Source: Paraspadella gotoi (Eukaryota > Animalia > Chaetognatha). Taken from it: a stretch of DNA of 64,000 nt. Shown one piece after another: positions 14,591 through 25,758 of the stretch. The first letter of the stretch is position 1, and each line of letters starts with the position of its first letter. The notes under the pieces are model-generated. The model worked only from the letters and a program-made list of their open reading frames with translations, searched no databases and was not told the origin of the DNA. Made by a program: the position numbers and the translations under genes. The DNA lies in NCBI GenBank assembly GCA_051294375.1, contig JBJCIZ010000239.1, forward strand, positions 232,801 to 296,800, given 5' to 3'.

Positions 14591-14761
14591 TCCTTCTTTC
14601 TTTCTTTTCTTTTCCTTTCATCTCTTCTTCCTCTTTCTGTGATTTCATTTACTTTACTTTCTTATTGTTTTCTTTCTTTGTTTTGTTTTGTGTCTTGTTC
14701 TTTACTCGCTTTCCTTTTTCCTTCTCCTCTCTCCCTTTCCTCTCCGCTTTTCCCCCCCCAG

Positions 14762-14906
14762 GGCGAAGATCTAGCGTTCAAATAGATGAGCGACCGTCCG
14801 TCCTCCTCAGTCCTACAAGGCCGACGAGGGACGATATCGCTGCGACGCGTCGAAATCGCGTCGCCAGCCCAGCCACCGCCCGACGTCTTACCTGCAACGT
14901 GCACAT
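14762..14906 (+). pseudogene. tutl: Frameshifted copy 1 of the Ig3 C-half exon (probably sequencing error in a real exon)
   Basis: Pyrimidine tract plus CCCAG acceptor. Fragments in shifting frames give roughly SVLLSP.KADEGRYRCDASNR..QPATA..YLNV (Ig D.G.Y.C motif). Near-duplicate of 15209-15350 across the N-gap 15117-15141. Confidence 0.65.
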
Positions 14907-15004
14907 GTCAGATATCGTATTATTTTTTTTTAGCGGCGGATGGCCGGGGTTCGGGAGTGAGAGGAGAATGAGGTTGCGAGAGAGAGGGAAGTGACGGAGA
15001 GAAG

Positions 15005-15058
<54 letters not shown>

Positions 15059-15208
15059 GAAAGAAAGAGATAGAAAAGTAAAGAAAGAGAGGGACAGAGC
15101 AAGTGAAAGAGAGAGANNNNNNNNNNNNNNNNNNNNNNNNNGTCTTCGTTTCCTTCCGTTTCCTTTTTTCTCCTCTCTGCCTTTCCTCTCCCTTTTTCCC
15201 CCCCCCAG

Positions 15209-15350
15209 GGCGAAGATCTGCGTCAATAGATGGCGACCGTCCGTCCTCCTCAGTCCTTACAAGGCCGACGCAAGGGACGATATCGCTGCGACGCGTCGAA
15301 TCGCGTCGGCCAGCCAGTCCACGCGCCCACTGCTACCTCAACGTGCACAT
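15209..15350 (+). pseudogene. tutl: Frameshifted copy 2 of the Ig3 C-half exon
   Basis: Frames give GEDLRQ / IDGD / LLSPYKAD / GRYRCDASNRVGQPV / HCYLNVH. Supplies the Ig3 half missing between 6093 and 15703. Confidence 0.7.
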
Positions 15351-15702
15351 GTCAGATATCTATTATTTTTTGTTTAATCGGACGGTGGGGGGGTCGGGAG
15401 CGAGAGGCGACCATATGATCGTTGGCGGAGAGAGAAGTCGAGGGGAGGAAGTGACCAGAGACGAGAAGAGAGGAGAGTCGAATCGAGCAAGGCCACCATT
15501 TGGTGTATTCCGCGCGACCGACGGAGGGTTAACGCGGAGATGAGGAGAGCTTGAGAGAGAGAGAGAGAGAGAGAGAGACTTAAAAAATGAAAGAAGAGAG
15601 AGAGGCAGACTGAAAGTGTATAATTGATATTTAGACAATTTAATGTATTAAACAATGTCAAAAACCAAAAGCCGTACTCAAACCTTTCTTCCTCATCTAC
15701 AG

Positions 15703-15836
15703 ACCTGCCTGAAGTCACGAGCGTTCCTCCCAAGAAGGATCTTCCTCTCGGTCAACGAGGCGCGATTTGGTGCGGCGTCGTTGGCAACCCGCCCGTCACG
15801 CGGATCCAGTGGGAGAAGGACGGTCAACCAATCAGG
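15703..15836 (+). CDS. tutl: Turtle/IGSF9-like exon, Ig4 N-half
   Basis: TACAG|AC acceptor and AGG|GTGAGC donor; 134 nt, phase 1 to 0. LPEVTSVPPKKDLPLGQRGAIWCGVVGNPPVTRIQWEKDGQPIR resembles Turtle Ig4 (YPAKV..P..QYLP....G.V.C...P....V.W.KD). Confidence 0.9.
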
Positions 15837-16226
15837 GTGAGCGGAGGAGATTGGTGTCGGCCAATCAGCGTTAAGTAATTGAGACTAGAGACAGTGTCAG
15901 TCGTTTAGAGTGGAAGGGGACGATACATATCATATAATTATATATATATGTTATATATTTATAATTCTATAATTCTATCAAATTATCACAAACTTATCTA
16001 TTAATCAATTAAATTACTATTAAAGCATAGTAAAATACCAAAAATATACCTAATAATAAAACGGTACAAATATCAATTGAACTTGAAATGATTTACTACT
16101 ATATGCAAATGAGGGACCGTGCTTGCAGATAACATGTGAGGGACTATTGTCAGCCTGTTCTTTAAAAAATATTCAAAAAGTTAGACAAAAAGAATAAAAA
16201 AAAAAAAAGATTTGAGTTTTAAAATG

Positions 16227-16435
16227 TTGTGTATTAACTTTCCTTTCCGTTGCGTTTCGAATTTAGAGAAAAGACAATTTTGAATTGTTTATCAACGAAT
16301 TAAATTTAGACAATTTAGTCGGACATGTTTCAAAAACGCTGATGAAGACTCTAACTGCAGAGTCGAAACATGTCCGACTAAATTGTCTAAATATTATTCG
16401 TTGATAAACGATTCAAAATTGTCTTTTCTCTAAAA
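16227..16435. mobile_element. Fold-back hammerhead-containing insertion (Penelope-like/retrozyme-type remnant) with 12-bp TSD
   Basis: Near-perfect 70-bp inverted arms 16262-16331 and 16365-16434. Direct repeat AGTTTTAAAATG at 16215-16226 and 16436-16447. Confidence 0.8.
16332..16380 (+). ncRNA. Minimal type I hammerhead ribozyme motif
   Basis: CTGATGA (16339-16345), A, stem II GACTCT/AGAGTC with 6-nt loop, GAAA (16365-16368), palindromic ACATGT stem III, GTC cleavage triplet (16372-16374). Stem I is only ~2 bp in this copy. Confidence 0.78.
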
Positions 16436-16489
16436 AGTTTTAAAATGAAAGAAGATTTTTAAGGCAACTTTTCTCCGCTCATTGCCAAG

Positions 16490-17464
16490 TAGAGCGTTGA
16501 AAAATAACAAAATATAACAAATCAAGTGAGGTACATAGCTATTTTAGTGTAATGTAGTCTGTAGAATTCGATGGTGATGACCATTTTTTTGTATAATTTT
16601 ATCTTTCTTGTCGAAAATAAAGGTTTTTAATGTATATAAAATTAAAACATTATAAGTTATGATAAATCAAATTATTACAATTTTATAAAATTATATGGAG
16701 CTTTTGAAATATAAAAATAAAGATTAATAAAAATATTTTGGTAAGTTTATTTCTAAATTTTGTTTTATAAAAAGTTTAGTTAACTATATTTATTAATAAT
16801 TATGAGTAAAAATTGGGCTAAAGTTAAAAAATAATATTTCAAAAATTTTTTCATGGATTTGCATTCTTTGCAAAAAGTTGATATAAGAAAATATAATTTT
16901 AATCAAAATTATGTCATTAAGTTGGTCAAAATTCGAAAAACTATAATTTTAAGCCCAAAATTGAAAAATTAAACAAAAATAATAGTTGTGAATATTTTTA
17001 ACCTACTTAATGAAAGAATTTTTAAAATGGATTATATTTTCTTTATATCAACTTTTTGTAAGGAATTCAAATCTGGTTTTAAAATTTTAAAATTTTTATT
17101 TTTTCACTTTAGCTTATTTTTTATTATTATTTATAATAAATATAGCTAACAAACTATTAATAAAATATAAAATTTGTAAATAAACTTACCAAAATATTTA
17201 TATGGGCTTTATTTTTCATATTATGTAAGTTAAATATGGCTTTTTAAAATCTTAATAATTTGAGTTTCTTATACTCTACAATGTTTGCTCCATTTTAATA
17301 GCACCTTATATGCTTGCAAAAATCGCCATTTCCGACAAAGAAGATGAGACTATAACAAAAAATGTTATCATCATCGAATTCTACAGACTTTATTACAACA
17401 CCTAAAAATAGGCTAAATGTATCCTCACTTGATTTGTTATATTTCGTTATTTTTCAACGCCCTA
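16490..17464. mobile_element. Non-autonomous hAT-type fold-back DNA transposon (975 bp)
   Basis: Ends TAGAGCGTTGAAAAATAAC...GTTATTTTTCAACGCCCTA; exact 8-bp TSD TTGCCAAG at 16482-16489 and 17465-17472; imperfect inverted symmetry extends ~400 bp inward; no ORF. Confidence 0.88.
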
Positions 17465-18499
17465 TTGCCAAGTCAAATCATAACCATTGTGGTTTGTCAC
17501 CTTGTAAAAGAGCGTGAATTCAATCAATCAGTGACATAATTTTGTTTCTCTAGGAAATGTCTTAAAGGAAGTTCGAGAAAACTTGTGAGAGTCGGTGAGC
17601 ATATCCTTATAAGATTACCTACTTTAATTTTTGTCTCGTTATATTGTTCAAGGTAGAACGTCTTGCTGGGTTTCTTTGTTCTACGAAAAAATTGCCTCAA
17701 GATTAATGTGGGATAAAACAGTATTAGGGGATATTGAAAAATAATTACCGAGACAAGCCAGAAATGGGAGAGGGAGGAAGGGAGAGAGAGACAGGAAGAG
17801 AGAGAGATAGAGGGAGAGGGAGAGAGAGAGACAGAAGAGTCAAGGCCGATAAAAAAATAGAAGGAAAAAATTTTTTAAAAAAGAATCGAAAAAAGGATGA
17901 AAGGAAAGAAAGAAAGAAAGAAAGAAGGAAAGAAAGAGAAAAAAAAAGAAAAAAAGAAAAAAAAGAAAGGCTTAAAAATAACAAATTCTTAGAAAAAAAC
18001 TGGTGAGAAAAGAAAGAGATAAAAAAAACAAAAAAACAACTTCAAAATCCAAAATACCAGAGTAAAAAACTGCCAAAAATAAAAGGAGAGAGAGAGAGAG
18101 AGAGAGAGAGAGGCGTCACCCGCGAATATTCTGGGCGGAGAATAGAGATAAACATCGCGACGGTAATGTTATCTATGAGCCACTTCATATCGGGTTTTCC
18201 TCTCTAAAAGGATTTTCCGAGGATTTGAAAGGCTACCCTCCAAAGTGGCGCCGGGGAGAGAAGATAGAGAGGGAGAGAGAGAGAGAGAAAAAAAAACGAT
18301 AGAGCGAGAGAGAAAGAGAAAGAGAGTGTGAGAACGGTCCCACGGGTAAAGGGATTTTTTTTTTAGGAAAACGCGTTTTAGAAGGTGAAAGGAAACGAAG
18401 TTAATATAGAAAAACAAACAAGAACGGTGATTCCAATGTGACTTTATTTTCACGTGTATTTCCCTTTGATCACAGGATATGACATGTTATAACATGACT

Positions 18500-18731
18500 A
18501 AAAAAAACTTTCTTAGCCCTTGTATTTATGACATTCACTGCATCAAAATTCCGTCTTTTATTCCTTATAGTTTTAGGATTTTCTGAAGGTGGCGCTAGTA
18601 GTCCAGAACAACCAACCAACTATAGTCGAAAAATATGTATTTTAAACATAAGTGGGATAGACCGACCGACAGACCGACTGAAAAGTGACATAAAGAGTTG
18701 CTCCTGGAGTACTCGCGGCGCAACTAAAAAT
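18500..18731 (-). mobile_element. Diverged copy of the same DINE-1/HINE-like family
   Basis: Ends GAGTACTCGCGGCGCAACTAAAAA; GACC repeat; shared core CTAAAACTATAAGGAATAAAAGACGGAATTT..GATGC. Confidence 0.6.
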
Positions 18732-18964
18732 AAGGAAGTTGCCAATGGGGAGAAATGAAATTGAATGAAAATATGATTTTTACGAATAAGGTTTTACAGG
18801 GTTGACTAATGACTATATGTCGAGGTCATAAGAAAAACCAAATTGTACAATTTAAAAAAAAAAAAAATTCATTGGTTCGAATCGAACGTTTTATGCTACG
18901 AAAAAAAGTTTTGAATTTAAATCTACATTTAGACTAAAACAAGAGAGAGAGAGAGAGAGAGAAA

Positions 18965-19052
<88 letters not shown>

Positions 19053-19096
19053 AAGAAGAAAGAGAGAGAAAGAGAGAGATAGATATATATATATAT

Positions 19097-19141
<45 letters not shown>

Positions 19142-19201
19142 AAGAGAGAGATAGATATATATATATAGAAAGAGAGCGAGAGAGAGAGTGAGAGAGATAG
19201 A

Positions 19202-19258
<57 letters not shown>

Positions 19259-19603
19259 GAGAGAGAGAGAGAGATAGAGAGAGTGAGAGAGATAGAGAGA
19301 GAGATAGAGAGAGGAGAGCGAAGAGAGCGAGAGAGAGACGAAGGGCCGTAACAATAAAAAAGCCGAAAAAAAATGAAGATGAAAGAGACGAGAATCGTGA
19401 GAGAAAAGAGAATTTCTGAGAAATGGAAACGAAGAACCGAAAAAGAGGCTCTCTCTCTCTTTCTTTCTCTTTGTCTTTCTCTAACTCTCTCTCTCTCTCT
19501 CCTTCCCTTTCGGCCAGTGATGGAAAGCAGAAAATCCAGGCTGAAGGGCTGAGGAAATTTTAAGGCAAAGGTAAGCAAATCGAAAGAAGGAAAAAGCAGA
19601 GAG

Positions 19604-19640
<37 letters not shown>

Positions 19641-20159
19641 GAGAAAGAGAGAGAGAACTGTTGAAAAGTGAGTGAATGAGATTGGAAAGCGAATTGGCCT
19701 GAGGCAGACGAGAAAAAAAAATAAAAAGAAGCGAATGTGAAGAAGGAACCAAGAAAAAAGGTTAAAATACAAAATGAAATAGAATACAAAACAAAAACAA
19801 AACAAAAACAAAACAAAAAAATACAAGAAAATTAGATGTACTGCAAAAAAAAAAATAGTACTTTGCACGATTTTTTAAAATTTATATCAATAGAAAAGGA
19901 ATATTTTTTTCCAAAACCCAGAAGGAGAGAAAGAAGATAGAAAGAGAAGGAGAGAGGGAACGCCAAAAAACACGACCCTTTTCCGCATAGACAGATGAAA
20001 GTGCCAAAATTACTCGGAAATTTATGAGGAAATTAGTTAAATAATAAAAGTATAATTAAATAAGATTAAAAAAACTGAATACGATTCCATCGACAAAGAA
20101 GTAATTCCTTTTTCCCAGATATTTATTTTTAGCTTAAATATATTCTTTAAACTTATAAA

Positions 20160-20435
20160 ACTAATCCCGAACCCATAACCCAAAAACCCTATCCCTAATT
20201 TTTTTAAACCCTAACCTTTAACCCTAAATATTAATCCCTATCCCTAATCACAAACCAAGTCCCTAACCTTAATCATTAACTAAATCATTAACCCTAATCA
20301 CAAACCAAGTCCCTAACCTAAATCATTAACCAAATCATTAACCCTAATCACAAACCAAGTCCCTAAGCTTAATCATTAACAAAATTATTAACCCTAATCC
20401 CTAACCTTTAACCTAATCTTTAAAAAAAATTAACC
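20160..20435. repeat. CCCTAA-rich (telomere-like) 50-bp minisatellite inside an intron
   Basis: Unit ACCCTAATCACAAACCAAGTCCCTAACCTTAATCATTAACTAAATCATTA about 3 times, with AACCCTAA-type flanks. Confidence 0.8.
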
Positions 20436-20546
20436 AAATTCCGCGTATTCAGTTAAAATGAGGCGTTCTGGAAAAAAAAAAATTCCGATTTAAGGGGAGG
20501 ATTCCGAGCCAAGTCCTTTCACCTCCTCCTCCTCTCCTTTCTCCAG

Positions 20547-20700
20547 CTCCATCAGTCTCCTCGCTACATCATCGACTCCTCTCAGCACAAGCTGGAGATA
20601 CTCCGCGTCCAAAGGAGCGACGCTGGCGACTACCGCTGCCAACCGTTCAGCTCGCTGGGGCCGGGTCAGCTCTCCAGCCCCATCAAAGTCTCCGTCAAGA
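20547..20700 (+). CDS. tutl: Turtle/IGSF9-like exon, Ig4 C-half (absent from ORF track)
   Basis: CTCCAG|CTC acceptor and AAGA|GTGAGT donor; 154 nt, phase 0 to 1. LHQSPRYIIDSSQHKLEILRVQRSDAGDYRCQPFSSLGPGQLSSPIKVSVK has the Turtle-like C.P(Y/F)..LG..G.S..M/I.V.V.K signature. Confidence 0.9.
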
Positions 20701-20759
20701 GTGAGTGATGGAGTTAGGGATGGGGGTGTGTGATGGAGTGTTGGATTGAGGTGGTGAAT

Positions 20760-21245
20760 TAGTAGTGAATTAACGAATAAAATAAACGGATAGATATTTG
20801 ACTGAATAAATTAATTGATAAAACTGTTAATGAACGATAAATAAACGAATTAAATGAATTAATTATTAAAAGAATTCATGAATGAATGAATACATGAATG
20901 GATGAATGAAAGTATTAATAAACGAATAAATAAATGAACGAATAAATAAATGAATAGATATTTGACTGAATGAATTAATTGATGAAACAGTTAATGAATA
21001 AATGGATAAATAAACGAATTAAATGAATTAATTATAAGGAAAAAGTATAAATTGTGATGCAGCAACGAGTTGTAATTTCCTTATATCCCAAACGCAACGA
21101 AAAAGAAAGGAAATTATCACAATGAATTAATTATAAAAGGAATTCATGAATGAATGAATATATGAATGAACCTCTTAATAAACGAATAAATAAATGAATG
21201 AATAAATAAATGAGTGAATGAATGAATTAATGACTGAATGAATGC
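20760..21245. repeat. Degenerate (TGAA/TAAA)n tract with a longer repeated block
   Basis: AACGAATAAA..TAGATATTTGACTGAAT.AATTAATTGAT.AAAC recurs. Confidence 0.7.
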
Positions 21246-21463
21246 TTCTTCTTTAATGACAACAACAACAACGACAACAACTGATAACATCCGAGGAAAA
21301 ATCCCTCGGTTCTCTTCAGATTAAAAAGATGAACCCGATGTCAGGACTAAGGACGAGTATAAGGATAATAAGGATGACGTCGACGACGACGACGACGAAG
21401 ATGACCACGACGGATTGTGACAATCCTTTCATTGACGACCTACTTGAACAAAATCCTCCTCCT

Positions 21464-21500
<37 letters not shown>

Positions 21501-21515
21501 TCCCTCTCACTCCAG

Positions 21516-21664
21516 GACTTCCCGAGTTCTCCGTGAGGCCGCGCGGGTTCTATCAAGCCATGGAATCGGAGTCGGTCGTCATGCGCTGCGAAGCCAGAGC
21601 CTCTTCCGACATCGGCTTCAAGATCGACTGGGTCAGGGATAGGAGCAATTACTCCATTAAAGAG
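21516..21664 (+). CDS. tutl: Turtle/IGSF9-like exon, Ig5 N-half
   Basis: TCCAG|GA acceptor and GAG|GTACTT donor; 149 nt, phase 1 to 0. (R)LPEFSVRPRGFYQAMESESVVMRCEARASSDIGFKIDWVRDRSNYSIKE (cf. Turtle PP.F.V.P...YQ...G.SV.M.C.A). Confidence 0.88.
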
Positions 21665-22085
21665 GTACTTTGGGTGTCGGGATTGATTGGGTCAGTGACG
21701 GGAGCAAATACTCAATTAAAGAGGTAAAGAGTCGGGATTGACTGGTTATTAAATAAAGGACAGGAGCATGAGGAGAAATTACTCCATTGAAGAGGTAAGG
21801 AGTTGGGATTGACTGCTTAATAAATAAAGGACAGGAGCATTAGGAGCAATTATTCCATAAAAGAGGTAAGGAGTCGGGATTGACTGGTTAATAAATAAAA
21901 GACAGGAACATGAGGAGAAATTAATCCATTAAAGAGGTAAGGAGTCGGGATTGACTGGTTAATAAATAAAGGACAGGAGCATTAGGAGCAATTACACCAT
22001 TAAAGAGGTAAGGAGTCGGGATTGACTGGTTTATAAATAAGGGACAGGAACATGAGGAGCAATTACTCCAATAAAGGGATAAGGG
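21625..22085 (+). repeat. 71-bp minisatellite (~5 units plus shorter lead units) containing the exon 3' end and splice donor
   Basis: GT(C/T)GGGATTG at 21731, 21802, 21873, 21944 and 22015; GAG|GT at 21665, 21724, 21795, 21866, 21937 and 22008. Confidence 0.9.
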
Positions 22086-22364
22086 GAAAGGAGAAATTAG
22101 TACCTCTACGTTAGACAATAAGAAAAGAAAAACATTATTTAGAAACATACAAATTGGGCTAAGTAGTAAGAGAGAGCAAAGTTTACCTTTGATGGCTCTC
22201 GGGTCGAAGATGAGAGAATCGATCTTAATATCGGTTGACACGAAACGAGCAATAAAAAAGCAAAACAAAAGCGATAACAAAAGAAAAACAAAAGCGATAA
22301 CAAAAGAAAAACAAAAGCGATAACAATTATCGTAACACACAAAATTACCCGTATTTTTTTTTTG

Positions 22365-22620
22365 ACGACCCCTCTTCTACTCCCCTGCGGACCTGCATGC
22401 TCGACGCGTTTTCTAAATCCCTGGCCCATCTTCTACAACCCATACGATCTCTCTTTACACACCTACGCCCTTTTCTACACCCATGTGCCCTCTTCTAACA
22501 CACCCACCTGCCCGTCTTCTAACACCCTGCGCCTCCTTCTACACCCCTGGCGCCCCTCTTCTATACCTCACTCATCCCTCTTCTACACCCCTGCGCACCC
22601 CTCTTCAACACCCCTCAATG
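22365..22620. repeat. ~20-bp CTTCTACACCCC minisatellite just upstream of acceptor 22627
   Basis: About 10 degenerate units. Confidence 0.75.
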
Positions 22621-22626
22621 CTCCAG

Positions 22627-22759
22627 TCGAAACGAGTTCGGAAAAGAGGAGGAACTCTGCGCATCGATCGCCTTCGAGCGGAAGATGCCGGAGTCTACAT
22701 GTGCCGCATCGTGAATCACGTGAAAGATGTCTACGCACTCACGCGCCTTATCATCGAAC
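22627..22759 (+). CDS. tutl: Turtle/IGSF9-like exon, Ig5 C-half
   Basis: CTCCAG|TCG acceptor and AAC|GTGAGC donor; 133 nt, phase 0 to 1. SKRVRKRGGTLRIDRLRAEDAGVYMCRIVNHVKDVYALTRLIIE. Confidence 0.9.
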
Positions 22760-22799
22760 GTGAGCAGAGGGAGGAAAAAAGAAAAGAGAAATGGGAGGA

Positions 22800-22965
22800 A
22801 ATGAAAAGCAAAGCCAATGAGAATTAGGAAACGAGGAAAGGAAAGCAAAGCCAATGAGGAATAGGAAAAAGGAGGAAAGAGCAAGCCAATGAGGAATAGG
22901 AAAAGGAGGAAAGGAAAGCAAAGCCAATGAGAAATAGGAAAAGTAGGAAATGGAAAGGAAAAGGA
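22800..22965. repeat. ~35-bp purine minisatellite (AAAGCAAAGCCAATGAGGAATAGG) downstream of donor 22760
   Basis: Four GCCAATGAG units. Confidence 0.75.
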
Positions 22966-23212
22966 AAAGGAGTAGAAATTAAAAAAATAGGATCATGAAA
23001 ATAAAAGATGAGAAGAGCAACGTGAGAAGAGATGAAAGGAGAAAGGTAAAAAAAGAGAGGATAGGAATATAAGTGAATAAAAAAAAAGAAAAAAAGATAT
23101 TAATCCACACAAAAAAGATAAGGAAATGAAAAGGAATAATAATAAAAAACAAAGGGAAATGCCGTGACGATGCCGCTAATGCCGCTCAATGCCGCGAAAA
23201 CTTCCTCTTCAG

Positions 23213-23290
23213 GCGCGACTCCTCACGCTCCGAAAAACGTGACGATTGGAAAAGCGGGTCTCTTCTCAGCTCAACTCGAGTGGCTTCCAG
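23213..23290 (+). CDS. tutl: Turtle/IGSF9-like exon, FN3-1 strands A-B (absent from ORF track)
   Basis: TTCAG|GC acceptor and CCAG|GTGATT donor; 78 nt, phase 1 to 1. (R)ATPHAPKNVTIGKAGLFSAQLEWLP(G), cf. Turtle GTQPHAPYNIT...LQWLPG. Confidence 0.9.
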
Positions 23291-23356
23291 GTGATTTTAT
23301 ATGTTTCTTTGTTTATATATTAGTATAATATATATATATTTATATAATTTTCACCT

Positions 23357-23600
23357 TTCGGTCGGTCCGTCGGTCGGTATGTCCGTCCGTCGGTCTGTCC
23401 TACTTTTGTTAAAAAAAATGCTCACGACTCGCTCATAAGTTGGTTGCTCATTTGTTAAGAAAAAAAACTCTGAGATCTAAGTGACTGCTAGCGCCGACTT
23501 CGGGAAATCTTAAAACTATAAAGAATAAAAGACGGAATTTCGATGCAGCGCGTGTCATAAATATTTGGGCTGAGAAAGTCACTTCGCACTGGAAGGACCG
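23357..23600 (+). mobile_element. 5'-truncated copy of the DINE-1/HINE-like family (another partial copy at ~57262-57430)
   Basis: (GTCG/GTCC)n, TTGGTTGCTCATTT, AAAACTATAAAGAATAAAAGACGGAATTTCGATGC and AGAAAGTCAC are shared with 24408-24726. Confidence 0.55.
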
Positions 23601-24407
23601 ATCATGTTTATCTTTAAGTTTCCATTTGTTTGTTCGTTGATTTGTTTTTGTTTTTTTCTTTCGTTGTTTTTTTTTTTTGGTTTTTTTTTGGTTTGCTTCT
23701 TGATAAACGGTTAACTTGTAAAAAATTCGCGAAAATCAAAAAAACGAGAAATCGGGTTTACGGCTTAGTACTACTTTGAACAAACATATCCGCAGATGGA
23801 CGTTAGCAACTTCCGCGAGGCCTTTCCACCTTGTATCTGCTATTGTACCTCCCCCCCTCCTCCTTCTGCCCCCTCACTTCATTTCATTTGAAAACCTCCC
23901 GTCTGCTTTTTCCTTACTTTTCCTCCTTTCCTCTTTTTCCCGTTAATCCTTTAAAAACCCATGAATTAATTCAATTATTTTCCAACGGCTTAAGAAAATC
24001 CGCGTTAACCGGGAAGAGGAAAAAAAATGTATTATAAATGTAAAGTTTAAAAAAAAAAACAACTAGGATGTGGGTGTGAAAAAAAAATATTTTAATATCC
24101 TTTTTTCTATCTTTCCTTGTTTTTCTTTGCGATTGGGTCACGGCTGTTAAGTGCATTTATCTAGCTGACTTGTATTTTTTTATAGTTCATATAGTTCAAA
24201 CTAATAACCAAGAAAATAGTACTCAAAATTATAAAAAAAAACTCTACTTATATTCTCGAAAATTTAAAAAAAGGATGATTAATCTTTTTATTTAATATTA
24301 ACATTATTCTAAAAAAAATATTTAAAAAGTTTTTTTTAGGACGTTAACCCAAGACTTTTGTATCATTCATGTTTTCCCGACGCTGCTGGTTATAAAAAAA
24401 AACATTG

Positions 24408-24726
24408 TTTTTTAGTTGCGCCGCGAGTAATCGCGGAGAAATTCTATAAAACACTTTTATGTCGGTCGGTCAGTCGGTATGTTTCTCCGTTGGACTGCTC
24501 ACAATTCGCCTATAGTTGGTTGCTCATTTTGAGAAGACGGGGGAAAAAAAGCCTCAAATCTAAGTTACTGCGCGCGCCGCTTTTTAGAAATTCTAAAACT
24601 ATAAAGAATAAAAGTCGGATTTCCGATGCCGTGCCTACGATCACAAATTGCGGGAAAAGTAAATGTGATCACAAGTGAAAAGAAAGTCACTGGCGGCGCA
24701 ACACGTTGGATGCACCAATCACGTTT
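24408..24726 (+). mobile_element. DINE-1/HINE-like (non-autonomous Helentron-type) interspersed repeat, most complete copy
   Basis: T-run start, subterminal IR GTTGCGCCGC...GCGGCGCAAC (24693-24702), internal (GTCG)n microsatellite, 3' hairpin ACGTTGG...CCAATCACGT. Duplicate copies at ~7555-7886 and ~56447-56790. Confidence 0.62.
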
Positions 24727-25062
24727 CTCACAATCTCTTTATTTTTTTTATCATACTTACTCTTGCACTCTCCTTTTCCTCCTCTTATCTCTTTTTATTT
24801 CTCCTTCTTTAATTCTCCTATCAATTTTTTTTTATCATCAACTTTTAATGATAATTTTCTTTTTCATTAGTTTTTCCGCTTTAATTTCTTTCCTCTTCCC
24901 TTTTTTTTTTCAAGTATTCGTTTCACTGACGTTTTGTTTTCACATTTTCTTTCATTGTGATCGTCGTCGTCGTCGTCGTCGTCTTCGTTGTCGCCATGGA
25001 GATTTCATTTGTCGCATCGACAAAAGGTTTTTCATTAACATCTGCATCTCAGCGACAGATGC

Positions 25063-25115
<53 letters not shown>

Positions 25116-25758
25116 GACTTCGCTTAAAGGAAATCGGGGCGCTCTTTATTTTTTTTTTCAAACTTGAAAAAATAATTAAAACTGATTTGTAAAAGCTGGC
25201 TTGGATTCTATCAACGGTAAAGAGCTCGGCTTAATTTTTTTTAAAACGATAAACATAGTAACTGACATTTATTATTTGACACGAGTGTAACAAGAATGAG
25301 TTCAGAAAAAAAGAAACAAAAAAAATATACTACGTAGTTTCGAAACTATTCCCTCACCTTTCATCATCCCTCAACATGAGCAATAAGGTGGATCATTTCT
25401 TATTAATTCCGATTATGACATCTCCTTTTCGGCCTTATTTTCCCAGAAAGCCCCCCCCCCTTTTTATTTTAGTTAAGGATTAGGTTAGTAGTTAGGGTCC
25501 GGGATTATGTTAGTGATAAAGTTTAAGGATTTGACTTAAGGCCTAATATTTTGAGTTAGAGATTCTGGTCAAAAATTAGAGTTAGGGTTAGAATTAGAAA
25601 GAATAGCCCCTTTTTCTCTTTCTTCTTATATTTGTTAAATCCTTATCCCCACTTCCACACTTCCCCACTCCCCTTTTCCGCCACTGCCTCTTCACCACTC
25701 CCTCTTCCTCCTTCCCTCTTCCCCTCTTCCCCACTTCCCACTTCCCTCACTCCTCCAG

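Noticed and set aside
17554-17595. Small cassette exon (CTAG|..G|GTGAGC) within the Ig4 intron
   Set aside because: The required phase-0 frame hits TAA at once, and Ig4 is complete without it.
21625-22085. CRISPR-like regular repeats (also 6058-6302 and 20240-20400)
   Set aside because: Whole units are repeated with no unique spacers; eukaryotic intron context; no cas genes.
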